From contig BCGN01000012.1 in assembly GCA_001599295.1 (NCBI GenBank), positions 186,001 to 250,000 on the forward strand: a DNA stretch of 64,000 nucleotides, read 5' to 3'. Shown here in pieces: positions 48,220-60,600 of the stretch; positions within the stretch are counted from its first letter, which is position 1; the number at the start of each line of letters is the position of its first letter. Origin of the DNA: Sporopachydermia quercuum (lineage: Eukaryota). The notes under the pieces are model-generated. The model was not told the origin of the DNA. It saw nothing but the letters and a program-made list of their open reading frames with translations, and ran no database searches. Both the position numbers and the translations under genes were made by a program.

Positions 48220-49155
48220 TCAATTAATCATTCTCATTGTCAATTCAAATGTATAGAAAGTAATAGCATTAACAGGAGCAGCTCTTAAAATTGTAGGTAA
48301 AAATCCTCTAAAGAAACCTTTGATTCCTGATGTTGCATATATCTTCTTAGCACAGTCAATTGAATTCTTATAGATATGTTTTGATGGATTTATATCATCA
48401 GTTTGCATCTTACTCTTAATAACATCAATAGGATATGATGTCAACCACATGGAATATCCTGAAGCCGCACCATATAAGCAAAGTCTCCAACCAGGGATAT
48501 CTTTTCTTTCAAACTTGTTCATAGCAATATCTTTCTTAACTAATGCTTCAAATGTAAGGAAATAAATACCCATACCATGAGCCTCACGAATCAAACAAGG
48601 AGTGAATCCTCTGAAGATACCTTGAAATCCTGCCACGGAATATATTTTTTTAATAGCATCCAATGGTCCTCTATATAATACCTTACCACCTTCACCAGTC
48701 TGGGTTTGAAGTCTGATACGAATGTGTTCAATTGGTGATGCTAGAAGAGTGTTAGCAATACCAGCCGCACCACCTGCTAAGTAGAATTGTCCGCTGGTTA
48801 AGATATGAGGATTTTGGTAATTTGGCTTCTTTTCATTGATAGATGTGAATAATCTTTTCATGAACTCATTGACTCCAAATTGAATAGAAACGCAAGCTCC
48901 AACTCCAACTAATGGTGTGAGTGTTCCTTTATAAAACCCTTTGAATCCTTCATTTTTCATCAACTGTTTGATCACATCAATAGCTCCAGAATATTTACCT
49001 TCTGGTGCTGATTGAAGTCTGACTTTTGTAGTATCGAAAGGTTGTCCAGATAGCACTTGGGCAATGCCACCGCAACTTCCCGCAAAGACGTCTTTCGCAA
49101 CTCTTGCGAATCCTTCGTCTTCTGCTTCTACTAAATGAGGATCAATGTCAGCCAT
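48220..49155 (-). CDS. YMC1: Mitochondrial carrier of the Ymc1/Ymc2 family
   Basis: Three PX[DE]XX[KR] repeats (PFDTTK, PIEHIR, PIDVIK) and FYKGTLTPLVGVGACVS. Confidence 0.88.
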   Translation of the reverse strand: MADIDPHLVEAEDEGFARVAKDVFAGSCGGIAQVLSGQPFDTTKVRLQSAPEGKYSGAIDVIKQLMKNEGFKGFYKGTLTPLVGVGACVSIQFGVNEFMKRLFTSINEKKPNYQNPHILTSGQFYLAGGAAGIANTLLASPIEHIRIRLQTQTGEGGKVLYRGPLDAIKKIYSVAGFQGIFRGFTPCLIREAHGMGIYFLTFEALVKKDIAMNKFERKDIPGWRLCLYGAASGYSMWLTSYPIDVIKSKMQTDDINPSKHIYKNSIDCAKKIYATSGIKGFFRGFLPTILRAAPVNAITFYTFELTMRMIN

Positions 49156-52116
49156 AAGGAGTATTTGATTGAATGTATGTTTGATAAGTCAGTTGCCGCA
49201 ATGATTAAACAATATGGTCAATATTTACTTGGTTAATTTGATCTGTTTTCTTCTTACTTTCCAATTGATTATCTTATTTTATCTGCCCTTACGGCCTGCT
49301 GATGGTATCAGGATAATTCAGTGCAACCTAATGCTAGATAATATAATTTGGCTAGAACGGAATGAATGAAATAATTTACATTAACTATTTGTCTTTCATT
49401 TATTTTTATTCTGTTCTTTCTTCTTTTTTTCTTCTTCTTTTATTACCAAGAAAGCTCTTTCAAAAGATGTTCGAGAAGGATAAAAAATGAGAAAGAGGGA
49501 GAAAGCAAAATTTGAACAGGACGAATTTTTTTTCAGCCAATGAATTATTTGCTATTGGAACAGAAGTGGAATAAATGAGGGAGAAAAAAGAAAGTGGAAA
49601 GAGACAATGAATAATAATTAGAAATAACAGAAAAACTTGATATTTATTTATTACAATAGAACGTGAATTTATGTAAATGAAATATAATGGATTATAATGA
49701 TATGGTGGAATGAAAGTTATGAATAATTAGCTACTTGGTTGTTTTCGTATAGTAATAAACTTTTTTACTATAGGTTCAGCCTTATGAGTGGGGAAAAAAG
49801 AAAGAAAAGTGAGATATTGAACAATGGAAATAATGGAAATAATGGGAAGGCAGTTGATTGTAATGAAATATAGCAGTTCGAAAAAAACTTTTGAGAAGGT
49901 TGGAACAGGTATGGGACTATAATAGAAGATGGCAGAACGAATGGCAAGTGTTGTATGCTAGCTTTTAATAGTCAATATTCGGCAGATAGTTGATAGGTTT
50001 ATCAGTATATATAAGAGCAGCTGAAGTAGCTTTTAGATCAAACAATAAATTCATTAACTGTTGTTTAAGTATCCAATCAGTCAATCGAATGAAGATCAAA
50101 CTTGATCGGATATAAGATGAAAAAAACTAAATCAATAAACAAACATCAGCTAGAAGAAGAGAACCTGAACGCGGATAAATAGTGCCCGTGATAAATGAAC
50201 TCCAAGGTGGATTGTAAAAGGAAACTGATTGATTGTCGATAACGAGATAGAAAACATTCTGTAACAAGCAGGGAGACTTTTGGGGATGAGTTGGAGGAAT
50301 TCCAAAGATTTGCGGATAAACTGTTCAGTATCAACGGTTGCTGCTGTTCTTGTCATCTTGTCAATCAACCTGCTCGTAGTCGTTGGCTGGAGATCAGGAA
50401 GGTAACGGAGAAATGTCACCCAGTAACAAGAAAAAAATAACGAAGAGAATAATCATAATTCAATAGTCGGTTTAATATTAGAAACTGAATAGCAAATAGA
50501 ATACTTAAATATTATAAATGTTCTTCAGCTTCGGAATAGAATAGAATATTCACAGCTTGCTTGCTGTCTCGTTTATTATTTCTCTTATAGTGAAAAGAAA
50601 GAATCATTGGCTAATAGTAAGAATTTTTGGAAAGAATACCGGCCTTATAGGATTAAAGTTTACAATAGTGTGTATGATATGCGAGTTATCTGTAATATTT
50701 GAAGTTAATTTTATCTGGTNCTGAAAGGCTTTACCCGCTGTCGAGAGGATGGAAGGCCTTTGGCTGATGTTGCTTTTGGCTATTGATAGTGCATATGGTT
50801 ATTATGAACGAACGCGATCTACTTTAATTGTGGACTCGCTGTAGATGAAGAAGCAATTATACCCGAATATAGAATTGATCAAAAGAACAAATGTTTAGTT
50901 AATCAATGATATCTCTTAACTTAAGGAGAGAAGAAAAGTTGAAAATTAAGGTTTCCCTATAGGCTGTATGCATCTTAGAGCTTTTGAAGGAGCGTTTGAT
51001 TAGGAAAATATGAAAAAGATCAAACTGGTATTCAGACAGAAAAACACTGTGAGACAAAATATCAAATTTTAACTATTCTTTTTTCTATTGTTTGGAGGGT
51101 CTTATCACATCATAATTCCTGCTATTATTTCACTACTGTCAATATCAAGTATGCTAACCTCATTTCCTCTCGCCTAAATGACTCCAACATTTTAACTTTG
51201 GGACTTTTGTTTCCTAAAAGGGTAAGATACACTTCTACTATGTAATTTATTGATTATATAAACATAAACTCCTTTGATAACGATTAACTAAGAAGTCAAA
51301 AAAACAATTAACTTCTATCGCACTAGTTTCTCTGCTTTCAATCCATTTCCAGTTCAGTTTAGATAAAGCATCTAAATCTCTTGATAGTGCTGAAACCGAA
51401 TCATTCTACAAACCCCAGTGCTTTCCCTCAATACCAGTTTGTCTCCTTCTTTAACATATCACTGGTATTATCTTCTGAATCCCCCTCTACTTACATCATT
51501 CATCCTTTTCTCAGCAAATGCAGTATTCCTGCATATTTTATGCCGACTCTCTTTTTCTTCCCAGGTTATCACACAATTACATGCACAAGTCTGCATACAA
51601 ATATACTCTGCGTATATCCCTAACTTTATCTCCAATCCTGATGCCTTTAAGCCGATTTCCCCTTTATTACAGTAGAACATCAGAAGATAACAGACATCCA
51701 AATAGCGCATAAAAGAGTTATACATTCAAACAGCGATTTGTTAACCAAAAAGAAATTTTATCCTGGTAATTTGTAGAAAATCGCAAGCAGTATTAATAGA
51801 AAGCTGAATTTATGGTATTAACTAAACTTGCATTCAGTTGGAACAAAGACGCCTGCAAGGATTTGTTGATTCTCGTTTGACGTATTACATAGAAATAAAG
51901 GTCGTCAAGTGGGAGAGTAGATAAGATTATTGCAAAAAGGGAACGATTGAAAGTCTTATTGAACGATAGTTTTTTCTTTAAAGCAAACAAAGATCTTATT
52001 GCTTTTCTTTNNAATACGGTCTTTCTTGCATATATTGTTTGATCTGATTGTTGCACGAGATAACATCGTCGATCAAGCGCTTATCGCTGGCGTTATTGNA
52101 GAAACCCCAACGCATC

Positions 52117-53280
52117 ATGCCGATGCCTGAACGTGAAAGAAGAGATGGAGACTTCCATTTCAATGCTGCTGTTAAAACAAGCACTAGACTCTCTTCGATG
52201 TTTTACAGCTGTAGCGACATAAACGGTCATAGTAAGGATAAGCAGAATTTCGGTGATTCAAGCAAACACTCTGCTGGTGATACTTCAAATGGCTATTCTG
52301 ATGATACGATAATGAGTGATCCAACGGCAGACAACAGTAATGATTCGTCCGGCAATAAAAACAACAGAAATGACCCCTCGTCGAATAACACGTTTGCTGA
52401 TAATAAATCTTTGAAACGCTTAGAGGCGGCTATCAAACGAGCAGCCAATAGCCCTCCATTAGATCTTGAATCTGGCTTAGATGATGTTGCTCTTACTTTA
52501 CAACGATATATTCCAGAATACTCTGGCTATTTAAGGCCAGGTTCAGTGTTTGTTGGCACTCAGCANTCAGGAAGATCTACGTATGAAGTTTCTGTCAGAA
52601 TCAAATATGTAGATTATAAGCAGTCATTTCTATCTGGGTATTTAACAATCCAAGGATTAACCGACGATTACCCAGAAATGATCACATACTTTGAAGGAGA
52701 AATGGTTGGCTCTAAGTATTCGTTTTTCACTCGTAAAGCTGATTGGGGAGCTTCCGATAAGACTGATCAGGCCCATTGGTCCAGGTTCCCTAGTTGGAGG
52801 ATTCTGAACAACAAACGAAGGAAACGTTCTACTACTAGTGAAACTAACGTAGTTATGGAATCACCTTTCTCTTGGACTGGTACCGGAACTAATGGTAGAA
52901 GCTCTAGTGGCTTACATGCTGCTGCTGGTGCCACTGATTCGTTCTCTAGCTTTGATGGTAGAAATGGTATCGGACCTAGTAGTACTAGTAGTATAAATAA
53001 TAGCAGCTCTAGTAATAATCTTGCTCCTTCATATATTCTATCACCATTTCAAAATAGAGAGCATATTTATATGAGATGGAAAGAATGTTTCCTTGTTCCT
53101 GATTATAAAGTGAAAGATATTGCTGGCGCTAGTTATGCAGGATTCTACTATATCTGTTTATCACAGATTGATGGTAGTATTTCTGGGTTTTATTTTCATC
53201 AAGCAAGTGAAAAGTATCAACAGTTGGAGCTCAGTCCACGTGGTGATCATGATGCGCTTGGTAGTTTTGAATCCCGTTGA
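52117..53280 (+). CDS. VID24: GID E3 ligase Pro/N-degron receptor (Gid4/Vid24 family)
   Basis: LRPGSVFVGTQ, GYLTIQGLT, TYFEGE, MRWKECFLVP, GASYAGFYYI and YQQLEL. First ATG is at 52117. Confidence 0.88.
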   Translation: MPMPERERRDGDFHFNAAVKTSTRLSSMFYSCSDINGHSKDKQNFGDSSKHSAGDTSNGYSDDTIMSDPTADNSNDSSGNKNNRNDPSSNNTFADNKSLKRLEAAIKRAANSPPLDLESGLDDVALTLQRYIPEYSGYLRPGSVFVGTQXSGRSTYEVSVRIKYVDYKQSFLSGYLTIQGLTDDYPEMITYFEGEMVGSKYSFFTRKADWGASDKTDQAHWSRFPSWRILNNKRRKRSTTSETNVVMESPFSWTGTGTNGRSSSGLHAAAGATDSFSSFDGRNGIGPSSTSSINNSSSSNNLAPSYILSPFQNREHIYMRWKECFLVPDYKVKDIAGASYAGFYYICLSQIDGSISGFYFHQASEKYQQLELSPRGDHDALGSFESR

Positions 53281-54496
53281 TGAGATACTGAAGGTTAGGG
53301 TAATATATGAGATATGGTAGGATATACTAGGATAGTATATGGTTTATAGCAGTATGTAAGATTGATAAGAGAAGAGAAAGAGAACTGACAATAAATAGCA
53401 TAACAATATGAGATTTTACTGGAAGGATGCTATAGTACATATTAAGGATGTACTTTGATATGGAGCCTGATGTCAATGAGTATTTTATTTTGTGAGCACA
53501 AGGAAGAGTATATGGGTAGAATTGAATAAATAACTTGAGTAAACGATCTGAATAATATATGGGTAGATTGAACAAATGAATATCTTCAATTGTAGGTCAA
53601 ATGAAAGAAAACTAGATATAAAGGCGGAAGTTGGAACAGTAGCCAGTAGCATGCAGAATTATAATGAATGAACAAAGCCACCTAACTGTTTTTTTCTTCA
53701 AAAACGAATGTGATACAGAAATAAGATGAAANAAGTGAGAATATCAACAATAACGGGAAGTATTTAAACCAATAACACACCAGCAAGCTCATCAAGAAAC
53801 CTCAACGGAAAAAGCTAACTCCGTACTACTTCTTGTGGTCCAAAGGTCAATAAATCTATTGTATGCATTGCAGATAATACTGTTTCTTATCATTGGTGGT
53901 AAACTTCGTTTAACAGATTGCCAACTCTAAAAAGAATGCTAAGATAGGAGAGATAATATAATTACAGTTAATTGATTTCTTTCATTCGAACAATCAAATG
54001 ATGTTTCATCTTTACTGCTGATTTTGAAGCATTAACAGTGTATGGCTTCGATGAAAGACGTTTCATTGTTATTGCTTTACAATCTTAGTTATCTCTTGTA
54101 GGATAGTTCAATAAATGATAATTGGCTCTCCCGATGTTCTTATGTATAATTATACTATAGTATGAGCTTCTGGTTTAACTTGATTCAGATGTCGATCTTT
54201 CTTTCTTTTGGGAAGATTATGGTTTTGAAACTATTCCGTATTATGTAGCATAGAAATAAAAGCTCTCCTAGATATTGGATGTACAGTTTAATTCAATTGA
54301 TTATGATTTACACATTACCACTACTTGGCTCACTATTCATCGTGCTAGCTACTAACATTTCCAGTCTCCAAGCTCTAATTTCAAATTATTGGCATTTTAC
54401 ATAAATTTCATATCATTAAACAATTATCATTAAACCAATAAAGTAGTGGAAGAGAATGAGAAAAAGTATATGTATATGCATGATAAAATAAAATCA

Positions 54497-55741
54497 TTAC
54501 TTCCAGTCGAAATTGCTATATACAATTGCACTGAATTCCTCAAGCTCACTCACACGATCCATATCATTAATATAGACATTCCCAGTATTTTTTCCCATCT
54601 CATGAACTTGCTTAGTAGTACTAGCTAATAACGATGCTAGTTTGACCTTTGGCATAGGATCACCAGTTTGTAAGCCAGCAACAATAGGTTTGATTCCAGC
54701 AGTAATATCTAAGAATCTATAAATTCCAGCGCATACTAACTTGTTGACTACAATAGCAGTGGTAGGAGCTTTCAGTAATTCATGTGTTTCATCAAGCAGA
54801 ACGCGTAATTGAGAAGGAATCTCGATGGATGTCTCATCACCTACTCCAAGGATTATTGTTTGGCTTAGAACAAATTGTTCCAGGTCTTTTGGGGGCAATA
54901 AACATGATTGTAATAGTTCTGGTAATAACTCTAATTGAGGCCCTTCAATAGCAACGTGAACTTGCGATAATAAAATTGCAAACTCATCTAAAGTGATTTC
55001 TGACCTTGGTGAAACTGAGGAGAACTTCTCTTCAACAATGCTTCTTATCTTCTCCTGTAAGGCTACCCATCCTCTATTAATTAACCACCATGAAAAGCAA
55101 AGGTACGTTTGCTCCGATTCTTCAATGTCGGCACTTTCCTCCGAATTGGGATCGGTCCTTGAACTCAAGTTATCTAGGCCGTATTTATTAGCAGTAACTT
55201 GTAGCGTAGAGTTGATGAATGACCTTCTAGCAAGCATATTAAGTTGTAAACGAGTGAACAATACTAACAATGAAAGCATATACATGGAAGTGAATAATCT
55301 GGTGATTGATTGAATTTTCAACTCTGTCCATAACTGAGATTTTGACTTTTTATTCTCACCACTCACTTGAGACTGGCTAGATGACTCTAGAGCAGATGTT
55401 ACTGAAAGCTCATCCGATGTTCCAGCTAAGCTACCTGTTTTCCGTTCAATTATCTTGGTTTGAAGCTCAGCAGTTATTGATTCCACTGGTAATGATTCTA
55501 GTAAAGGCTGAATGACGGAAGGTGTTAATGATAAAATCATATACAAAGCATCTTTCTGGTTTTGTTCAAATCTTCGTTTGATTTGCTCTTTGGCGAACTT
55601 CTCTTCTGCCAATCGGTCTTGAACTTCTGCCAGCTTCTTCTTCATATAATCGACAAGAAGCCAACCTGCTGCCACTGCGCCCCCAGTAATAAGCAGCTTA
55701 CGCCTGTTACGCCTGGTGAAGTCTTTGATTGAGCTAAACAT
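54497..55741 (-). CDS. PEX3: Peroxin 3
   Basis: RRNRRKLLITGG plus a TM segment, AKEQIKRRFEQNQ, KSQLWTELKI, TRLQLNMLARR and FSWWLINRGW. Confidence 0.93.
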   Translation of the reverse strand: MFSSIKDFTRRNRRKLLITGGAVAAGWLLVDYMKKKLAEVQDRLAEEKFAKEQIKRRFEQNQKDALYMILSLTPSVIQPLLESLPVESITAELQTKIIERKTGSLAGTSDELSVTSALESSSQSQVSGENKKSKSQLWTELKIQSITRLFTSMYMLSLLVLFTRLQLNMLARRSFINSTLQVTANKYGLDNLSSRTDPNSEESADIEESEQTYLCFSWWLINRGWVALQEKIRSIVEEKFSSVSPRSEITLDEFAILLSQVHVAIEGPQLELLPELLQSCLLPPKDLEQFVLSQTIILGVGDETSIEIPSQLRVLLDETHELLKAPTTAIVVNKLVCAGIYRFLDITAGIKPIVAGLQTGDPMPKVKLASLLASTTKQVHEMGKNTGNVYINDMDRVSELEEFSAIVYSNFDWK

Positions 55742-56168
55742 TGTTTGCACTTATGGATTCTTCTGGTTGACAGTCAAGAGACGTTCACTCTACAAATATG
55801 TATAATTGGCCAACCAGCGTGGTCCAATGGTGCGAGATTAAGAGACGAGCAGTTGATGAAATGTTCTTATTGGAAACAAGATGCAGACAACTCTACGCGA
55901 TATGATTCAATACAGCTTCACTATTCTATAGCTCTACTGCTCAATTGATTGACCTTACAGAAGCAAACCAAACTCGTACATCAATGTAGTATTCTATCAG
56001 GTAGAATAATATCATTCGTCTACTCCTTTCAGTTTATTCGTCTGACTGATTAACAATAAACCGCAAATTGGTACAAATAGGGATGTGGAGTTACCACAAA
56101 CTGATAGTGAGATAATGTATTTTAGTATTACGTAATCATGTTTTTTTACTGTTGACAGTTTTAGGTTT

Positions 56169-56177
56169 TAGCCGCCA
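56169..56177. promoter_or_regulatory. URS1-like (Ume6) element upstream of PEX3
   Basis: TAGCCGCCA, with a second partial TAGCCGA about 40 bp downstream. Confidence 0.35.
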
Positions 56178-56907
56178 GTATCTCAAGAGGGTCAGCTGAG
56201 GACTTATTAGCCGAGGAACAAGATGAGGAGCATATGAATTGGGTAAATTTAGTGCAAGATTGANATAGTAGTCGGTTGAGCTTCTGAATGTTGATATGGG
56301 ATTNGAATGAAAAATAATAGGAGTGGGTTTGAAATATGATATTTTGGAAGGATGGTTTACCGTTATGGGTGGCCCATGCATTTCTGGTGACGGGAGAAGT
56401 GCGGATAGTTCATTGATCAGAGACACCAACAAAAAAATGAGATGGTGTAAATACAGCAATTGATGGAAAGAGTGAATGAACGCATATTAGTGGTTAATAT
56501 AATGCTCATGATTCGTAGAAAAATATCAATTTCATTAAGTGAAAGACAATTTCGTAAATATTATGTTACATGGGGAGATCGAATTCAGAGGTGGTAAAAT
56601 TGAATATGTGGTGTTCCGTTTCATGCTAGACTGTGATTGACTGGATACTATTGAGCTCGAGATGTTTTCCCTTTATCACAAACCAAGATGTTATTCACCA
56701 TATCCTTGAAAGTGGTGATGGTAAAGGCATGTATTCGACATGTTTTCTGAACGGTGACTGGTCTACAGGATAATAGAATATNAGCAATGTATGAGAACTA
56801 TTGCATGGATTTGAAGGTCATGAAATAACATATTATGTTATATCAAATAATCTTCTTTGTTGTTCCCATGGCCTATAGTTCATCAGTATGGATCTTCCAT
56901 AAACCGT

Positions 56908-57623
56908 TTAAGCACTTTTCTCCTTGTTATTTTTCTTTTTACTTTTCTTTGTTGTTTGTTTAGCAGGCTTCCTCATATTTGAATCTTCGGAGATGGAGTC
57001 AGTTTGTTTTAATTGTTCTCTACGTCTTGAATGTTTCTTTTTCACTACAGCATTAGCTCCATCTTCAGAGTTATCCGATGGTCTTTTCTGAGTGATTGGA
57101 TTCCCCTCATCATCAAATTTCGTCCTCTTGCCTTGAAAATTAACTGAACTTATAGATGGAGCATATCCTGTTGCCCTGACACCAACTGCATGTCGTATGA
57201 ATCTATCAGCAGCTTCTTTGTCGATAACACGTGTTGGTTTAATCTCTTCTGTATCAGAACCAGCTTTGCTTGCTGTTGCCATATAGTTCTTAACTCTTTC
57301 TAGTTCCTTCATGATAGGATGGTTATCTAGTTTCACTCCACTCACTTTCAGGTAAGCTAGTAGTAAAATAGTTAGTTTGGCTTTGCGAAAGAACAAATTT
57401 CGGTCCCAACTGCGAAATTCACATCATCTCTAAACTGTTACATACCAAATATCAGAGAAATGAGAGCATAAGCATAGTTATTATAATATTTACATCTATC
57501 AAGATCGTTAAGAGGTGCTATTTGATCACTCAATGATGACTCCATGAAGGGAGCTAATAAAGGCTCCAAAGCCTTGATTTGAGCCTCCAGGGACTTCACA
57601 TATGGTTTTGCATCAAAGTCCAT
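56908..57623 (-). CDS. LRP1: Nuclear exosome cofactor Rrp47/C1D; exons 57623-57446 and 57356-56908
   Basis: Spliced YAYALISLIFAYLKVSG..HPIMKELERVKNYM..IDKEAADRFIRH with a lysine-rich tail. The 89-nt intron runs GTATGT..AACTAAC..TAG. Confidence 0.88.
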
Positions 57624-60600
57624 ATTGCTGTGGGTTGATTATGAATTAACTAAGCGTTGCAGCCAAGATTGCTTTCATTTGACGCTATTCAAACAGTTTC
57701 TTGACAAGTTGTTATCACTAATTGATTTCTGTGTCTTTGAATCAGCGTATAAAATTTTCAATTAGATGAAAGAATGAGGTTACTGAATTAAGAATCAAGT
57801 CCGGAGATATTTTGGGTTTATNCCGGAATATGTGCCCACCTGATCTCTTGCAAGTATCAATCAATTGGAGGAAGTGGAAGTCGAGTCAACTGGCNATTTG
57901 GAAGTATGCATAAAGAATCCAAAAACTTGAGACATTAGAGTAGCGGTATGCTGTTTGCATGTGGATAACTTAAGCAAACTTATTCTATATACAACGAAAA
58001 GACATCGCAACAAATGTCATTGATTATTGATTGTCAATTGGTTGTATCAAACCGACAGACTTACCCACCANAAATTTAAGGTGTTTCAAGACTAAATATG
58101 ATTTTAACTTCGAGCTAGACACTTCTGCAAATATTTTACAGTTTGGGAAACTTTCAATTACTTCTATATTTCAATTAAATTCAAATAAAGTTTATTGAAC
58201 CTAATGTTGCAAAGAAAATTGTTTTATGATTTTCTCCTGTGGTTTACTAGTGGAATCTAACCGGAATGTAGTTGGTATATAATTACTCAATTGACGCGTT
58301 AAATTAAACTACTAAAACCCTTGAGACTGAAGAACCCACTGAAGAGTTTCTTTTCGATTGTAAGTTAAACTTGAGGGTAAGCATTGATTAATGAGCTCTA
58401 TAGAAACTGGGTTTAGATGTTCTGGTTATTTGGGAATAGGTGAACTATGGGAATTCTTTGGCAAACGGTGGTAATCCAGAGCATTTTGTCACAGAACGTC
58501 AACCATCTATTTTGAGACTTATTTTATATTTTGATTTTTACGTTTTACTATTACTTTGAGCAAGATCTGAAGTATAGTGGATTCACTTTTTTCTATTCCC
58601 GCTGGACTCATGCTATCTGACTGTGAGAACACCAACTAAGGGAGCGAAGAACTGGTTAACAGTAAGTCTTCAACAGCGAACGAGTCGATTTAATTCCTAG
58701 CTCGTTTTGTCGTCAGATATGTATGAATCTACCGAATGTAAATCGATTTTGAAGCATTACGGAGATATCGACTCTTTCACTCGGATTTTGTCTATATATT
58801 TATGTGCCTTTATTTGTTCACTGTTTTTGCTTCATGAAATCCATGATCATAATTATGGTACACTTTCTCTGCAATCTTCCATAAACCAACCAACAGAAAG
58901 ATTTACATACATAGACGCAATTCCAAAGACTACAGTAATCCAACTCTTTTATAAATTCACAGAAGTTCATATTTACCCATCAAATCGATTGGGTATTTCC
59001 ACATTCATTAGAATAACTTATTTATCATTATACTGAGAAAAAGGGTTGGCCTGTTAGAAGTTTTTATTATATAGTTTAATTTTATTTAATTAAGTTAAAT
59101 AATATCTCTCTAACTTTAACCGTAACCTTAACAAAGTTTAAATATCCTGTTTGAAGGTTTCTCTCAACACAATTATACCGATGTGGTAATAATGGCGACT
59201 GAATGAACTGTTGAAAGAAGTATTTGAAATACTGAATTGATTCTCACATTTTTCATATTTGTTTCATGTGGACAGTTTTGGAAGGATTCTCCAAAATTCA
59301 GCTGACAAATGATTAAAAGGGTGCAAATGATAACCAATAAAGACAAACACAGGAAAGAACTAGAGAATCAGCTATAATTGATATGTGTTCATCTTGAATT
59401 GACCATTCAGAATTGATAGGTTTCATATTCGTAGATTGGTCTGTTCGCAGTGTAGTGAATTAAATAGTTATTTGAAACAGAGACAGTGGCAGTTACTGAG
59501 GAAGAATTCTCGACTTAAGGAGCCAAATAGGTTCCCATCTTTACCATTGTAAATAGAATCGTTTTTTATCAGAGAGGGGCTGATAATTTGAAGAATGAGG
59601 ATAGCATTTACTATTTTCTTCACCAACAGTTGTTAGCCGTAAATTCTCTTTTTGGATTATAAGTAACTAAAGTGAAATGTTAGCATACCTTGATAATTTT
59701 AAGTTAATCGAACAGAGAATAAAATGACTAAGGTTTTATATATGTGATTCCAATTTCGATTACGGATCTCAGACTTCGTCACTCTTCCTAACCAATTTAT
59801 GTTTCATAACCTATGTATGTTCATGCATAAACAGCAATTAAATGGTAATATATCTAGTATCTAGATGAAGCTCAAACTCAATTTGTATCAAATGGAATAG
59901 CCATTTATATTCATCGTAGGCTGCCACTGATCTCAGCGCTTCCTGTTAATCTATCATACAAGCTGTCTGTACAGCTTATACTAACTTTGAAAGTATTTCT
60001 GTATATATTCTATTAGATTGATCACCTTTTTTCTTTTGCTCATTCATTTGTTACATTGTTACAGGAAGATGAAAATAGACCAATCCTAAGTGTGCCTGTG
60101 CAGCTATTAAGGTTAATCTTATTGTTAAATTATTATGGAAACTAGTTAAGATTAATTTTAGACGTTCTAACTATAACCTTATTAGAATTTCCAATTTCAA
60201 AAGTTCAGGGTCGATTTTAAGTTTTCTCAGTTTTTTATGATCATAACAAGAAAAATTATCAACATACGTTCCCGAACTTATCGTGTTGTAGGATAGATCG
60301 GACCTCTCTGGATGCTGTTTGAATGAAGTTTGCCGAGAGAATAATTTACTTCACCAATTTGAGATGGTTCAATTTCTTTAAGAACATGTAGCATGAATAA
60401 ATCCGTTTAGCTTTACTTCAATATGATAATACAATTGCTATGTCTAACGGTTAAGCGTTTAGTAATTAAGAGATGACAACCCTCAGGCTTATTCGTTGCT
60501 GACAAACTCAATGGAAACACTACAACTATGACACTAAGCCATTGGATATGCAAGGTTGATGAATGAATATACATCATTTATATTAGTCAATTAATTACAT

